A stretch of DNA of 63,284 nucleotides, counting the filler, from Asterionella formosa (lineage: Eukaryota), in the NCBI GenBank assembly GCA_002256025.1. It is 16 parts of 16 records of this genome, joined end to end, with 100 filler letters (N's around TTAATTAATTAA, not from the genome) between each part and the next. Parts side by side here need not be neighbours in the genome. Positions count along the whole stretch, not along the records: positions 61,967 to 63,284 come from NKIB01003022.1; 15 more parts are not named here. One strand, written 5' to 3'. The translations under genes and the position numbers were made by a program. The notes beneath the pieces were generated by a model that saw only the letters and a program-made list of their open reading frames with translations, had not been told where the DNA came from and ran no database searches. Below are positions 63,156 through 63,284 of the stretch, in pieces. Numbering within the stretch: position 1 is the first letter of the stretch; every line of letters begins with the position of its first letter.

Positions 63156-63284
63156 GTACTGGTACCTGTTACTCCAAGACTTCTGTACAACGGTGCGTAC
63201 CTGGTACTGGTACCCTGGTACCTGGTACCAGGTACCGGTAAAGCTGCCCTGGCACTGGTTGTAGGACCAGCATCAGTTACGGTA

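Overview
Eukaryotic nuclear DNA, almost certainly from a diatom: GT-AG introns, ASAFAP-type plastid pre-sequences and CoDi-like Ty1/copia elements. The window is an artificial concatenation of contigs joined by 100-bp N/TTAATTAATTAA linkers: two ~21.6-kb contigs (1-21717, 21818-43405), then 14 size-sorted ~1.32-kb contigs. Adjacency across gaps is therefore meaningless. Host genes: Tudor-SN, a plastid DUF3007 protein, RPN12, a BCL7-like protein, RPT4, a mitochondrial membrane protein, a secreted KxxK/Spondin_N protein, CTF8, an ARM-like protein, NBP35, a plastid 5xRRM protein and tRNA-Pro(AGG). The rest is largely mobile DNA: Copia elements, an APE-type LINE, a transposase relic, MITEs and two unrelated ~188-bp satellites. 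Top observations: (1) gene-upstream regions are packed with palindromic TA-CC(A/T)GG-TA units. A TA-flanked MITE with CCA...TGG ends sits exactly inside such a palindrome, suggesting these tracts are stacked transposon excision footprints. (2) Two tRNA-derived SINE families are present, one with 18-20-bp TSDs. (3) A Copia element has a PBS position perfectly complementary to its own LTR, a Tf1-like self-priming geometry. All calls were made by eye; no database searches were run.
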